Both the position numbers and the translations under genes were made by a program. Source: Oscillospiraceae bacterium (GTDB lineage: Bacteria; Bacillota; Clostridia; UBA1381; UBA9506). From it: a DNA stretch of 64,000 nt. Below are positions 28,705 through 37,958 of this stretch, one piece after another. Position 1 is the stretch's first letter, and the number at the start of each line of letters is the position of its first letter. The notes below the pieces were generated by a model that saw nothing but the letters and a program-made list of their open reading frames with translations, ran no database searches and was not told the DNA's origin. The DNA lies in contig SVJO01000002.1 in the NCBI GenBank assembly GCA_015068935.1, forward strand, positions 4,943-68,942, given 5' to 3'.

Positions 28705-29805
28705 TTGAAATTTAAAATTAAGAGACAAGATTTAATTAATTCTGTTAACACTGTTGAAAAAGCTGTTAGCATAAAATCAACTATTAATATTTTAGAAGGA
28801 ATATATATAGAAGCAAAAAATAATGAAGTTACATTCATTGGAAATAATCTTGAGTTATGTATTATTTGCAAAATTCCTGCTCAGGTAGATTTAGAAGGAT
28901 CTTTAGTTGTAAAAGCAAATTTATTTTCAAGTGCTGTAAAAAAACTTCCTGATTTTGATGAAGATGTATTTATAGAAATTGATGAAAATTCTAACATTTC
29001 TCTCTCATGCGGAAATGCTAAATTTAATTTTTCTACAGCTTCTGCTGACGAATTTCCTAAACCTTCTATTTCGTATGAAAATGTAAAAACTTTAAAAATA
29101 AAAGAAAATATTTTAAAAAGTATGATTCGCCAAACTATGTATGCTGTTGCTCAAAATGATATAAAACCTTATCTTTCAGGATTATATTTTAATCTTGAAA
29201 ATAAAATTTTAGATATAGTAGGTTGTGACTCATACAGATTAGCTATAAGAAGCGAAGAAGTTGATTCTGAAAATATTAGTTTCATACTTCCAGGGAAAAC
29301 AGCAAAAGAGCTTTGTGCAGTTTTAGGAGAAAGCGAAGATGAGGTTTACATAAAACTTTCTGATAAAAATGCTTTTATAGAACTTAATAATTGTATTCTA
29401 ATAACTCGTCTTATTGATGGTAATTATTTAAATTATAAATCTATAGCTGAAAATGAAAGTAAACTCTCTATTATTACTGAAACAAAAAGTATTTTAGATT
29501 CTGTCGACAGAGCTGCATTAATTACCAGTGAAGCTACTAAAGCATATATTATTTTAGATATAGAAAATGATTATGTTTTTATTAACTGCGAAACTGTTTT
29601 CGGAAAAGTAAATGATAAATTAAGTGTTAATATGGTAGGAGAACCTATAAAAATAGCATTTAATCCCAGATATTTATTAGAGGCTTTTAAAAATATTGAC
29701 AGTCAGGAAATAAAAATAGAATTTGCAGGACCAAGAAACCCTATTTCTATAAAACCTATTGAAGGAAAGAATTTTAATTCTATTGTAGTTCCAGTGAAAT
29801 TTTAA
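28705..29805 (+). CDS. dnaN: DNA polymerase III beta sliding clamp
   Basis: 366 aa, TTG start with an AAAGGAG RBS, three-domain clamp pattern (..LEGIYIEAKNNEVTFIGNNLE.., ..YLSGLYFNLE.., ..DGNYLNYKS.., C-terminal ..IVVPVKF). No dnaA upstream. Confidence 0.9.
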   Translation: MKFKIKRQDLINSVNTVEKAVSIKSTINILEGIYIEAKNNEVTFIGNNLELCIICKIPAQVDLEGSLVVKANLFSSAVKKLPDFDEDVFIEIDENSNISLSCGNAKFNFSTASADEFPKPSISYENVKTLKIKENILKSMIRQTMYAVAQNDIKPYLSGLYFNLENKILDIVGCDSYRLAIRSEEVDSENISFILPGKTAKELCAVLGESEDEVYIKLSDKNAFIELNNCILITRLIDGNYLNYKSIAENESKLSIITETKSILDSVDRAALITSEATKAYIILDIENDYVFINCETVFGKVNDKLSVNMVGEPIKIAFNPRYLLEAFKNIDSQEIKIEFAGPRNPISIKPIEGKNFNSIVVPVKF

Positions 29806-29811
29806 TTTATT

Positions 29812-30369
29812 ATGATAAAATTAAAAGAAACTATAGTTGTAGAAGGAAAATATGATAAAATTAAACTCTCTTCAATATTTGATGCTAATATCATCGATAT
29901 TGGAGGATTTAAAGTATTTAAAAATAAAGAAAATATTGAACTTTTAAAGAGAATTGCAGAAAAAAAAGGAATAATTATTTTAACTGATTCAGATTCATCA
30001 GGATTCAAAATAAGAAATTATTTAAAGAGTTGTCTTGCTGGAAAAAAAGTTTATAATGTATATATTCCCGATATAAAAGGAAAAGAAAAAAGAAAAGATA
30101 AACCTTCATCTGAGGGACTTTTAGGTGTTGAGGGAATGGAAAAAGAAATTATAATACAGGCTTTTGAAAAAAGTGGTGTTTTTAACAATAAGACTGATTT
30201 TTCAAAAGATAAAAAAATAACAAAAGCAGACTTATATAGAGCTGGATTATATGGAAAAGAAAACAGTAAAGAAAAAAGAATGGAATTTTTAAAAAAGAAT
30301 AACCTACCCCAAAAACTCTCTTCAAATAGTTTAATAGAAATTTTAAATAGTTTAGGAATTAATTTATAA
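29812..30369 (+). CDS. Toprim-domain protein, RNase M5-like (DUF4093-type)
   Basis: IVVEGKYDKIKL and IIILTDSDSSGFKIRNYLK match the Toprim E and DxD motifs arranged as in RnmV. Confidence 0.7.
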   Translation: MIKLKETIVVEGKYDKIKLSSIFDANIIDIGGFKVFKNKENIELLKRIAEKKGIIILTDSDSSGFKIRNYLKSCLAGKKVYNVYIPDIKGKEKRKDKPSSEGLLGVEGMEKEIIIQAFEKSGVFNNKTDFSKDKKITKADLYRAGLYGKENSKEKRMEFLKKNNLPQKLSSNSLIEILNSLGINL

Positions 30370-30424
30370 AAACACTAATATACTTTAAACACTAGTATAT
30401 TAGTGTTTTTTTTGTGAGGTTTTT

Positions 30425-31237
30425 ATGTATAATGCAGCAATTATAGATTATGATTATAATGTCAGCTCTTTTGAGGAATTTTTATTTAAAATAGGTAAAT
30501 TAAATGAAAAAAAAATATACAAGGAAATTGAAATAGAACAAAAGATAATAAAAATAATTAAATTTCCGGCATCTGCTAAATCATTAATGAATAAAAAAAG
30601 TTTTTTTAATATTTCTAATAAATTTACTGAATTTTTAAAAAATAAAAAAATTGATAAAATAATATTTTCTGATGAAGCACTTAAAATAGTAAATTTAAAA
30701 GAAATGCTAGAAAAAAATTTTAAAATTTTTGATGGAAAAAGTATTATAAATTTTAATTTTCAATATATAATAAACAAATGTATAAAATCAACAGAAAATT
30801 ATGAGATAGTTATTTTTTCTAATAATTTTGATATTTTTTATAGATATTTTAATTTAATTTTTAAAAATTATAGAATAAATGCTTTAGTCACAGATTATAA
30901 AAATTTATTTATAAGCTTTATTGATGAGATTTTTAATGAATATGGAATTTTAATAAATATTTATAATAAAGATGAATTTATAGAAAATAAAGATTATTTT
31001 ATTATAAATACTGATATGGATTTAGATTCTGACTTTTTTAATTTAGATATAAGAAAATTAAAAATTATTTTTTATAAAAATTTTATTTTTGATAAAATAT
31101 CTGATTATTTTAAAAATTTTGACAATTCAGTTTTAGAATTTCTTATATATAGCATATGCGGAGACACAGAAAAGTCAAAAATAACAGATTTTTTTGACAA
31201 ATATGGCATAAAAATTGTTAAAATATACAAAAAGTGA
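30425..31237 (+). CDS. Hypothetical protein, 270 aa, extremely AT-rich, no family recognised
   Basis: An 813-nt open frame in DNA of roughly 20% G+C cannot plausibly be chance, because all stop codons are AT-rich. K/I/N/F-rich, no TM, no recognisable motif. Confidence 0.6.
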   Translation: MYNAAIIDYDYNVSSFEEFLFKIGKLNEKKIYKEIEIEQKIIKIIKFPASAKSLMNKKSFFNISNKFTEFLKNKKIDKIIFSDEALKIVNLKEMLEKNFKIFDGKSIINFNFQYIINKCIKSTENYEIVIFSNNFDIFYRYFNLIFKNYRINALVTDYKNLFISFIDEIFNEYGILINIYNKDEFIENKDYFIINTDMDLDSDFFNLDIRKLKIIFYKNFIFDKISDYFKNFDNSVLEFLIYSICGDTEKSKITDFFDKYGIKIVKIYKK

Positions 31238-31394
31238 TTGACAATTTAATATTTTTTTATTATAATACCTTAATATACGTAAAAGGTTGTTAAAAATCAT
31301 TAGAATAGTCATCATAATGTAAAATATAAAAAATTGTTTTACAAGGTTTGATGACTGAATGAAAGGAAGAGAAAGAAAAGTGGGAGAGAAAGTT

Positions 31395-31865
31395 ATGATT
31401 CTCACATACAATGGATTAAAAAAGCTGGAAGATGAGCTTGATTATTTAAAAACAGAAAAAAGAAAAGAAATAGCTGAAACAATAAAGGTAGCAAGAGGAT
31501 TTGGAGATTTATCAGAAAATGCTGAATATGATGAAGCTAAGAAGGAACAGGCAGAAGTAGAGGTAAGAATAGTTAAACTAGAAAAAATGCTCCAAAATAC
31601 TGAACTATTAAATGATAGCGACATTTCTACAGAGGTTGTTTCTATAGGTTCAAAGGTTACAGTATATGATGAGCTTTTTGATGAAGAAGAAGAGTTTACT
31701 ATACTCTCCCCTATTGAGGCAGATCCGAAGAAAAATATTATTTCAGATGAATCTTCAATGGGAAAAGCTCTGATTGGAGCAAAAGTTGGAGAGAAAGTCA
31801 AGGTGAATGCCCCAAACGGCGAATTTGAAATGAAAGTTTTAAAAATTTGTAAATATAATGATTAA
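31395..31865 (+). CDS. greA: Transcription elongation factor GreA
   Basis: LTYNGLKKLEDELDYLKTEKRKEIAETIKVARGFGDLSENAEYDEAK is the GreA coiled-coil signature. The track start is 31359; ATG 31395 fits GreA length better. Confidence 0.93.
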   Translation: MILTYNGLKKLEDELDYLKTEKRKEIAETIKVARGFGDLSENAEYDEAKKEQAEVEVRIVKLEKMLQNTELLNDSDISTEVVSIGSKVTVYDELFDEEEEFTILSPIEADPKKNIISDESSMGKALIGAKVGEKVKVNAPNGEFEMKVLKICKYND

Positions 31866-31871
31866 TAAAAA

Positions 31872-31900
31872 AAGAATGTTTCACGTGAAACATTCTTTTT
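31872..31900 (+). terminator. greA terminator hairpin (contains parS)
   Basis: AAGAATGTTTCACGTGAAACATTCTT perfect palindrome followed by T7. Confidence 0.7.
31877..31892. promoter_or_regulatory. parS centromere-like site 1
   Basis: TGTTTCACGTGAAACA is a perfect 16-bp palindrome matching the Firmicute parS consensus TGTTNCACGTGAAACA. Confidence 0.85.
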
Positions 31901-31964
31901 TTATGTCTTGTTTATTACAGAAATATTATAAATTAAAGAATATAGTATTTTTTTAATTTATGGA

Positions 31965-31993
31965 TTGTTTTTAAAAAACATATATGTTATAAT
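31965..31993 (+). promoter_or_regulatory. Strong sigmaA promoter with extended -10
   Basis: TTGTTT (31965-31970), 17 nt, TGtTATAAT (31985-31993). Confidence 0.6.
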
Positions 31994-31999
31994 TGGCAT

Positions 32000-32095
32000 A
32001 TACCAAGTTTCGCATAGTAAGGCTCCTGTGAGTTCGTAACTCGCTTTTGCTCTTTCTACTGCGTTGAGAAAATGCCATAGCCAGCATTTTTATTC
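32000..32095 (+). ncRNA. Candidate structured ~95-nt RNA or 5' leader upstream of soj
   Basis: Starts just after the promoter. GAGTT cgt AACTC hairpin at 32029-32041. 5' TGGCAT (31994-31999) can pair with ATGCCA (32072-32077), which competes with the AAATGC/GCATTT hairpin plus T-run at 32070-32094. No family recognised. Confidence 0.25.
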
Positions 32096-32210
32096 CTGGT
32101 AAAATGTTTTTTGCATCTAAATCATACATTAATTTTATAACAAACATTATAAAATTTTATTAAGGTTACTCTATTATTATAGAAATATAATAAGGAAGGA
32201 AATATATTAT

Positions 32211-32969
32211 ATGGGAAAAATTATTGCTGTTGCAAATCAGAAAGGCGGAGTTGGAAAAACAACAACTTCTATTAATTTAAGCGCATGTCTGGGAAACCAG
32301 AATAAAAAAACTCTTTTAGTTGATCTCGACCCGCAAGGAAATGCTACAAGCGGATTAGGAATTAATAAAAATATGCTCGATTTTTCTGTATATGATGTTT
32401 TAATCAATAAAAAAAATATTTCTGATATAATATTACATACAGATTATAAAAATCTTGATATAGTTCCTTCTAATGTTAACCTGGCCGGTGCCGAAATTGA
32501 AATAGTTGAAATTAATAAAAGAGAATTTCTTTTAAAGGAATCACTTGAAAATATAAAAAATGAGTATGATTATATTATAATTGACTGCCCTCCGTCATTA
32601 GGGCTTTTAACCATTAATGCTTTTTGTGCATGTGATACAGTTTTAGTGCCTATTCAATGTGAATATTATGCGCTAGAAGGGTTAACAATGCTTACGAAAA
32701 CAATTAAAAGCATAAAAGCTGAATTAAATAAAGAAATTGATTTTGAAGGCGTACTCATGACAATGTATGATTCAAGAACAAACCTTTCTGTTCAGGTTGT
32801 AAATGAAGTTAAAAAGTTTTTCCCTGATAAAGTATTTAAAACGGTTATTCCAAGGAATGTACGTCTTTCCGAGGCTCCGAGCTTTGGACAGCCTATTATA
32901 AAATATGATAAACTTTCAAAGGGTGCTTTCAGTTATACCAAACTTGCAAAAGAAATTATAAAGAGATAG
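32211..32969 (+). CDS. soj: Chromosome partitioning ATPase ParA/Soj
   Basis: Deviant Walker A NQKGGVGKTTT, DLDPQGN, IIIDCPPSLG. Confidence 0.95.
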   Translation: MGKIIAVANQKGGVGKTTTSINLSACLGNQNKKTLLVDLDPQGNATSGLGINKNMLDFSVYDVLINKKNISDIILHTDYKNLDIVPSNVNLAGAEIEIVEINKREFLLKESLENIKNEYDYIIIDCPPSLGLLTINAFCACDTVLVPIQCEYYALEGLTMLTKTIKSIKAELNKEIDFEGVLMTMYDSRTNLSVQVVNEVKKFFPDKVFKTVIPRNVRLSEAPSFGQPIIKYDKLSKGAFSYTKLAKEIIKR

Positions 32970-32982
32970 AAAGGGTGATTTT

Positions 32983-33837
32983 ATGGCTTTAGGAAAAGGT
33001 CTGGGTGCACTGCTTAATACAGATAATGTTTTAGATAACGTCTTAGATAACAAAAATATTATAGAATTGAAAATTTCTCAGGTAGAACCAAATAAAAATC
33101 AGCCAAGAAGAGATTTTGATGAAAAAAAACTTGCTGCACTAGCTGAATCAATAGAGGAATACGGGGTTATAACTCCAATTGTTGTAAAAAAACTTGATAA
33201 CGGTTTTTATAAAATAATAGCAGGAGAACGCAGGTGGAGAGCCTCAAAAATTGCCGGAAAAAAGACAATTCCAGCTGTTTTGAAGGAATATGACGATAAA
33301 GAAACAATGGAAGTTGCCTTAATAGAAAATCTCCAGAGAGAAAATTTAAATCCATTTGAAGAAGCAAAAGGCTTTAAAGAATTAATGGACATATTTTCAC
33401 TTACACAGGATGAGGTTGCAAAAAAAGTTGGAAAAAGCAGGTCAGCAATTGCTAATTCAATAAGACTTCTTTCTCTGCCTGAAAAAATAAAAGGTTATGT
33501 CTTGGAAGAAAAACTTTCTGTAGGACACGTAAGGGCTATTTTATCAATAGAAAATGATGAAATAAGGATTATAACTGCAGAAAAGATAATTGAAAAAGGC
33601 ATGAATGTCCGCCAGACAGAAGATTATATAGCATCTCTTTTGAAAGAACCTAAAACGAAGAAAAAATCTCCTCTGGAAGAAGAGATGAAAAGATATTTTG
33701 CAACACTAGAGAAGAAGCTCTCAAATCAATTAAAAACAAAGGTTTGTATTCATAGAGGCAGAAAAAAAGGAAAAATAGAAATTGAATATTATAATAATGA
33801 GGATTTTGAGAGACTGATGAAGATATTTAACAAGTAA
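32983..33837 (+). CDS. spo0J: Chromosome partitioning protein ParB/Spo0J
   Basis: PNKNQPRR, IIAGERRWRA (CTP-binding box), HTH LTQDEVAKKVGKSRSAIANSIRLL. Confidence 0.95.
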   Translation: MALGKGLGALLNTDNVLDNVLDNKNIIELKISQVEPNKNQPRRDFDEKKLAALAESIEEYGVITPIVVKKLDNGFYKIIAGERRWRASKIAGKKTIPAVLKEYDDKETMEVALIENLQRENLNPFEEAKGFKELMDIFSLTQDEVAKKVGKSRSAIANSIRLLSLPEKIKGYVLEEKLSVGHVRAILSIENDEIRIITAEKIIEKGMNVRQTEDYIASLLKEPKTKKKSPLEEEMKRYFATLEKKLSNQLKTKVCIHRGRKKGKIEIEYYNNEDFERLMKIFNK

Positions 33838-33839
33838 AA

Positions 33840-33855
33840 TGTTTCACGTGAAACA
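33840..33855. promoter_or_regulatory. parS centromere-like site 2
   Basis: TGTTTCACGTGAAACA, identical to site 1, 3 nt after the spo0J stop. Confidence 0.85.
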
Positions 33856-33870
33856 AAACGAGGTAGAAAA

Positions 33871-34392
33871 ATGAATTTATTCGGTTATTTTATAGATACT
33901 AATTTAATTTTAATAGCTTTTGGGTTGTTTTCAGGCGTTATTTTTATATTTGCGTTGATTGCCTTGATAATTTCTGCTAAAGCAAATAAAAAAATGAAAA
34001 AGTTACTCAACAAAAATAAGGGAACAGATATTCTGGCAGCTATAAACGATTATTATAATAGATGCAGGGAAGTTGAAAATAACTTCTTAGAGGCAGATGA
34101 ACGCCTTAAAAGGCTTGAAAGAGAATCTGGAGTCTCTATTAAAAAGGTAGGAACACTAAGATATGATGCATTTGATGAAAATAATGCAAATTTAAGTTTT
34201 GTTGCCGCTCTTTTAGATGAATCAGACACAGGTTTTATCATTAACGGAGTTTATTCAAGGGGGAATACTGCAACTTATTTAAAATCAATCAGAGAAGGAA
34301 AATCAATTTATGCACTCTCTGATGAGGAAATGCAGGCTATTTACATAGCTAAAGAGAATTATGAAACAAAGACAAAAAATAATTTAAGATAA
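33871..34392 (+). CDS. DUF4446-like membrane-anchored protein commonly found downstream of parB
   Basis: N-terminal TM plus a ~130-aa soluble domain (VGTLRYDAFDENNANLSFVAALLDESDTGFIINGVYSR). The position after spo0J is typical for DUF4446. Confidence 0.55.
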   Translation: MNLFGYFIDTNLILIAFGLFSGVIFIFALIALIISAKANKKMKKLLNKNKGTDILAAINDYYNRCREVENNFLEADERLKRLERESGVSIKKVGTLRYDAFDENNANLSFVAALLDESDTGFIINGVYSRGNTATYLKSIREGKSIYALSDEEMQAIYIAKENYETKTKNNLR

Positions 34393-34410
34393 AGAAAAGG
34401 GGATTTTTTA

Positions 34411-35685
34411 ATGCTTGATATCAGATTAATAAGACAGGAACCAGAGACTGTTAAAGCTGCTCTTAAAAGAAGAAATGCAGAAGACAGAATAGACGAGCTT
34501 TTAGAACTGGATAAAGAGCGCCGCGATATGCTTTATAGAACAGAACAGCTTAAAAACGAACAGAATACTGTTTCTAAGCAAATTCCTCAGTTGAAAAAAG
34601 AGGGAAAAGATGTTAGTTCTGTTTTTGCTGAAATGAAGAAAATTTCTGATGAAGTCAAGGAATTAGATTCTAAAATAAGAGAATACGATGAAAAAATAGA
34701 TGAAATAATGTACACAATTCCAAATATTCCAAACAGTACAGTTCCTGACGGAGAAACTGATGAAGATAATGTTGAAATAAGGAAGTATTTGGCACCGACT
34801 AAATTTGATTTTGAGCCAAAAGCTCACTGGGAAATCGGCGAAGACCTGGATATTTTAGATTTTAAGACGGGTGCAAAGATAACGGGAACAAGATTTACTG
34901 TTTACAAGGGAGACGGAGCACGTCTTGAAAGAGCAGTAATAAATATGTTTTTAAATATGCACACAGAAGAACATGGGTATACTGAAATATTTCCTCCGTA
35001 CATGGTTCACAGAAATAGTATGATTGGAACAGGTCAGCTCCCGAAGTTTGAAGAAGACGCATTTAAAGTTACAAACAATGATTATTTCCTTATTCCTACA
35101 GCTGAGGTTCCTGTTACAAATATGTACAGAGAGCAGATTTTGTCAGCTGAAGAACTTCCCATAAAACATGTTGCTTATTCAGCTTGTTTCAGGGCAGAAG
35201 CGGGAGCAGCGGGAAGAGACACAAGAGGTTTGATACGTCAGCATCAATTCAACAAGGTTGAACTCGTAAAATTTGTTGAGCCTCAAAATTCATATGCCGA
35301 GCTTGAAAGCCTTGTAAATGATGCCGAAGATGTATTAAAGGCACTGAATATTCCATACAGGGTTGTTAAAATCTGTGTTGGAGATTTAGGTTTTACGGCT
35401 GCAATGAAATATGATATAGAAGTGTGGATGCCAAGTTATAACCGATATGTTGAAATATCTTCATGCTCTAATTTTGAGGATTTTCAGGCGCGCAGAGCAG
35501 GTATAAAATATAAAAAGGATATTAAGGATAAACCTCAGTTTATACACACTCTAAACGGCTCGGGTGTAGCTGTTGGAAGAACAGTTGCGGCTATATTGGA
35601 GAACTTCCAGAATCCTGACGGTAGTGTAAATATCCCTGAAATTTTAGTGCCTTATATGGGCGGAAAGACAAAGATAACAAAATGA
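34411..35685 (+). CDS. serS: Seryl-tRNA synthetase
   Basis: [13 protein letters not shown]-terminus, coiled-coil arm, class II motifs ([41 protein letters not shown]). Confidence 0.97.
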   Translation: MLDIRLIRQEPETVKAALKRRNAEDRIDELLELDKERRDMLYRTEQLKNEQNTVSKQIPQLKKEGKDVSSVFAEMKKISDEVKELDSKIREYDEKIDEIMYTIPNIPNSTVPDGETDEDNVEIRKYLAPTKFDFEPKAHWEIGEDLDILDFKTGAKITGTRFTVYKGDGARLERAVINMFLNMHTEEHGYTEIFPPYMVHRNSMIGTGQLPKFEEDAFKVTNNDYFLIPTAEVPVTNMYREQILSAEELPIKHVAYSACFRAEAGAAGRDTRGLIRQHQFNKVELVKFVEPQNSYAELESLVNDAEDVLKALNIPYRVVKICVGDLGFTAAMKYDIEVWMPSYNRYVEISSCSNFEDFQARRAGIKYKKDIKDKPQFIHTLNGSGVAVGRTVAAILENFQNPDGSVNIPEILVPYMGGKTKITK

Positions 35686-36989
35686 TTGAAAAGAAAATAG
35701 CAGTATATACCTTGGGTTGCAAAGTTAATCAATATGAAACAGAGGCCGTTTTGGAAAGTTTTTTACAAAACGGCTTTTCCTGCGCAGACTTTTCACAATA
35801 TGCAGATGTTTATATAGTAAACACATGCACGGTCACCGGGCTTGGTGACAGAAAATCCCGCCAAATAATAAGGAGAGCAAAATCAGTAAATCCTGACAGT
35901 GTTCTTGTAGTAATGGGTTGTTACGCACAGACAGCTCAAGAAGAAATTTTAAAAATTCCTGAGGTAGATATAGTTTTAGGAACTAGCGGAAGAGATAAAA
36001 TTTTTGAAGTTGTAAAAGATTTTATAAATAACCGGGAGAGAAAAAACCTGGTCGGAGATATATTTAAACAAAAGGAATTTGAAGAACTCGAAATAAGCAA
36101 TTTTGATAACAAGACGCGTGCCTTTTTAAAAGTGCAGGACGGATGCAACAGATATTGCTCTTATTGCATAATTCCATACGCAAGGGGAAACATAAGGTCA
36201 AGAAGTCTGGAAAATTCTGTAAAAGAAGCAAAAAAACTTGTCGAGTCAGGATTTTGTGAGCTTGTTTTAGTAGGAATTCATCTTGCATCATACGGACAGG
36301 AGACTAAAAATTTAGGGCTTTCTAACCTGATAAATGCATTAACAAATATAGAAGGGTTAAAAAGAATAAGACTTGGCTCGCTTGAACCGACAATCTTTAC
36401 TGAAGATTTCATAAAAACAATAGCATTAAACAAAAAAGTATGCCATCATTTTCATATATCACTTCAGAGCGGATGTGATGAAACACTAAAGCGCATGAAT
36501 AGGAGATATACTACAGAGGAATATCTTGAAGCGGTTAAAAACATAAGAGAAAAGATGCCAGACAGTGCAATAACAACAGATATTATGACTGGATTTCCTG
36601 GCGAAACGGATGAAGAGTTTGAAAAAACCTGTGAGTTTATAAAGAAAGTTAAGTTTGCCGACGCACATATTTTTAAATACTCCATAAGAAAGGGGACAAA
36701 GGCTGCGCACATGGCAAACCAAGTTAGTCCCTGCATAAAGGAAGAGAGAAGCAGAAAGCTTGTTTCATTAATAGAAAATTCCCGTAAAGAATTTAATGAG
36801 AGCTTTTTGGGAAAAGAAACTTTCGTGTTGTTTGAGCGCCCATATAATAAGGAAAAAAACCTGCTCGAAGGAAAAACAGCAAATTATATTACTGTTGTTG
36901 CTGAGGCGGAGCACGAATATGAAGGAAAAATATTAAAAGTAAAAATAGAAAAGGCAGAAGATGATATACTATTTGGAAAAATTGTATAA
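35682..36989 (+). CDS. mtaB: tRNA methylthiotransferase MtaB (radical SAM, UPF0004 + TRAM)
   Basis: [14 protein letters not shown]-terminal cluster, radical [11 protein letters not shown], 435 aa. Confidence 0.85.
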   Translation: MIEKKIAVYTLGCKVNQYETEAVLESFLQNGFSCADFSQYADVYIVNTCTVTGLGDRKSRQIIRRAKSVNPDSVLVVMGCYAQTAQEEILKIPEVDIVLGTSGRDKIFEVVKDFINNRERKNLVGDIFKQKEFEELEISNFDNKTRAFLKVQDGCNRYCSYCIIPYARGNIRSRSLENSVKEAKKLVESGFCELVLVGIHLASYGQETKNLGLSNLINALTNIEGLKRIRLGSLEPTIFTEDFIKTIALNKKVCHHFHISLQSGCDETLKRMNRRYTTEEYLEAVKNIREKMPDSAITTDIMTGFPGETDEEFEKTCEFIKKVKFADAHIFKYSIRKGTKAAHMANQVSPCIKEERSRKLVSLIENSRKEFNESFLGKETFVLFERPYNKEKNLLEGKTANYITVVAEAEHEYEGKILKVKIEKAEDDILFGKIV

Positions 36990-36996
36990 TTTTTTT

Positions 36997-37033
36997 GATG
37001 TAAAACGTTCCCGACGTTTTACATCATTTTTTT
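36997..37033 (+). terminator. Intrinsic terminator of mtaB
   Basis: GATGTAAAACGT tccc GACGTTTTACATC followed by T7. Confidence 0.8.
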
Positions 37034-37235
37034 ATGAAGTGAACAAAGCTAATAAACATTAAAAAAGGTAAATTTACTTTCTGGAAAATATTATTTACAA
37101 TAAAACATGAAATTTTTATTAAAAAGTCTTTATTTTTATTTTTTTATATGATATAATGAAATTTAAGAATGGTCTTTAGAGTGTATTTATAAAGAATCTT
37201 ACAGACAGAGTGAATAGACAGGGGAGGTAAAAATT

Positions 37236-37958
37236 TTGATAAGAGAACTTACAATAGATAAACTTATAGAATTTTTCTTGAGAAAATGGTATATGATTGT
37301 TATTTCAGCTGTTATATTCGGACTTGTAACACATATATATTCTTTATCTGTTTTGGAATATAGTTATACATCAAGGGGTACAATGATTGTTACAAATACT
37401 CTGAATGAAGAGAGCGAAATCAGCAAATCAGACCTTGATACTTCGGCAAGACTTGTAGAAACATATAGAATTCTCCTAACAAGCACAAAGTTTTGTGAGA
37501 AAATAGCGGGAAAACTTGATAACAAATATACGGCAAGCCAGATAAAATCATGTTTATCTCTTACAAGTGTAAATAAAACAGAAGTATTATCCGTTAAGGC
37601 CACATCAAAAAACAAAGAATTTTCTCAAAAACTTGCACAATGCGTACTGGATAATGCACAGGAAGAAATCAATTCGGTAAGTCGGGCGTATCACGTTAAA
37701 ATTTTAGATAATGCCAGCAGCCCTACAGCTAAGAGCACTCCTAATGTTTCTTTTAATACTTTTATAGGAATTTTAGCGGGGATAATTTTTTCTGTTGTAT
37801 GCGGGCTTATAAGCACAATGTTTGACACGAAATTAAAGGATGAGGAAGAACTCAAAATTATGTATAATATTCCTACGCTGGGTTCAATACCCAATATGGA
37901 GGAAAACAAAAACTACAAAACCTATGGTGACGGAGGAATAGAAGATGAGAAAAATTAA
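37236..37958 (+). CDS. Wzz/YveK-type polysaccharide chain-length determinant (BY-kinase modulator)
   Basis: TTG start with a GGGGAGG RBS, two TM helices flanking a Wzz-like periplasmic domain, directly upstream of and overlapping the kinase gene. Confidence 0.75.
   Translation: MIRELTIDKLIEFFLRKWYMIVISAVIFGLVTHIYSLSVLEYSYTSRGTMIVTNTLNEESEISKSDLDTSARLVETYRILLTSTKFCEKIAGKLDNKYTASQIKSCLSLTSVNKTEVLSVKATSKNKEFSQKLAQCVLDNAQEEINSVSRAYHVKILDNASSPTAKSTPNVSFNTFIGILAGIIFSVVCGLISTMFDTKLKDEEELKIMYNIPTLGSIPNMEENKNYKTYGDGGIEDEKN

Noticed and set aside
24125-31358. Treating the AT-rich block as a mobile element or prophage
   Set aside because: I found no integrase, transposase, terminal repeats, tRNA target or phage genes, and the content is housekeeping. 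I kept it only as a compositional anomaly.
31442-31801. 119-aa Ser-rich minus-strand ORF
   Set aside because: It is antisense to greA and low-complexity.
34393-34410. Possible T-box leader upstream of serS, and a purine riboswitch upstream of guaB (14418-14620)
   Set aside because: The serS gap is only 18 nt. The guaB upstream region shows no riboswitch-like conserved core that I can recognise.
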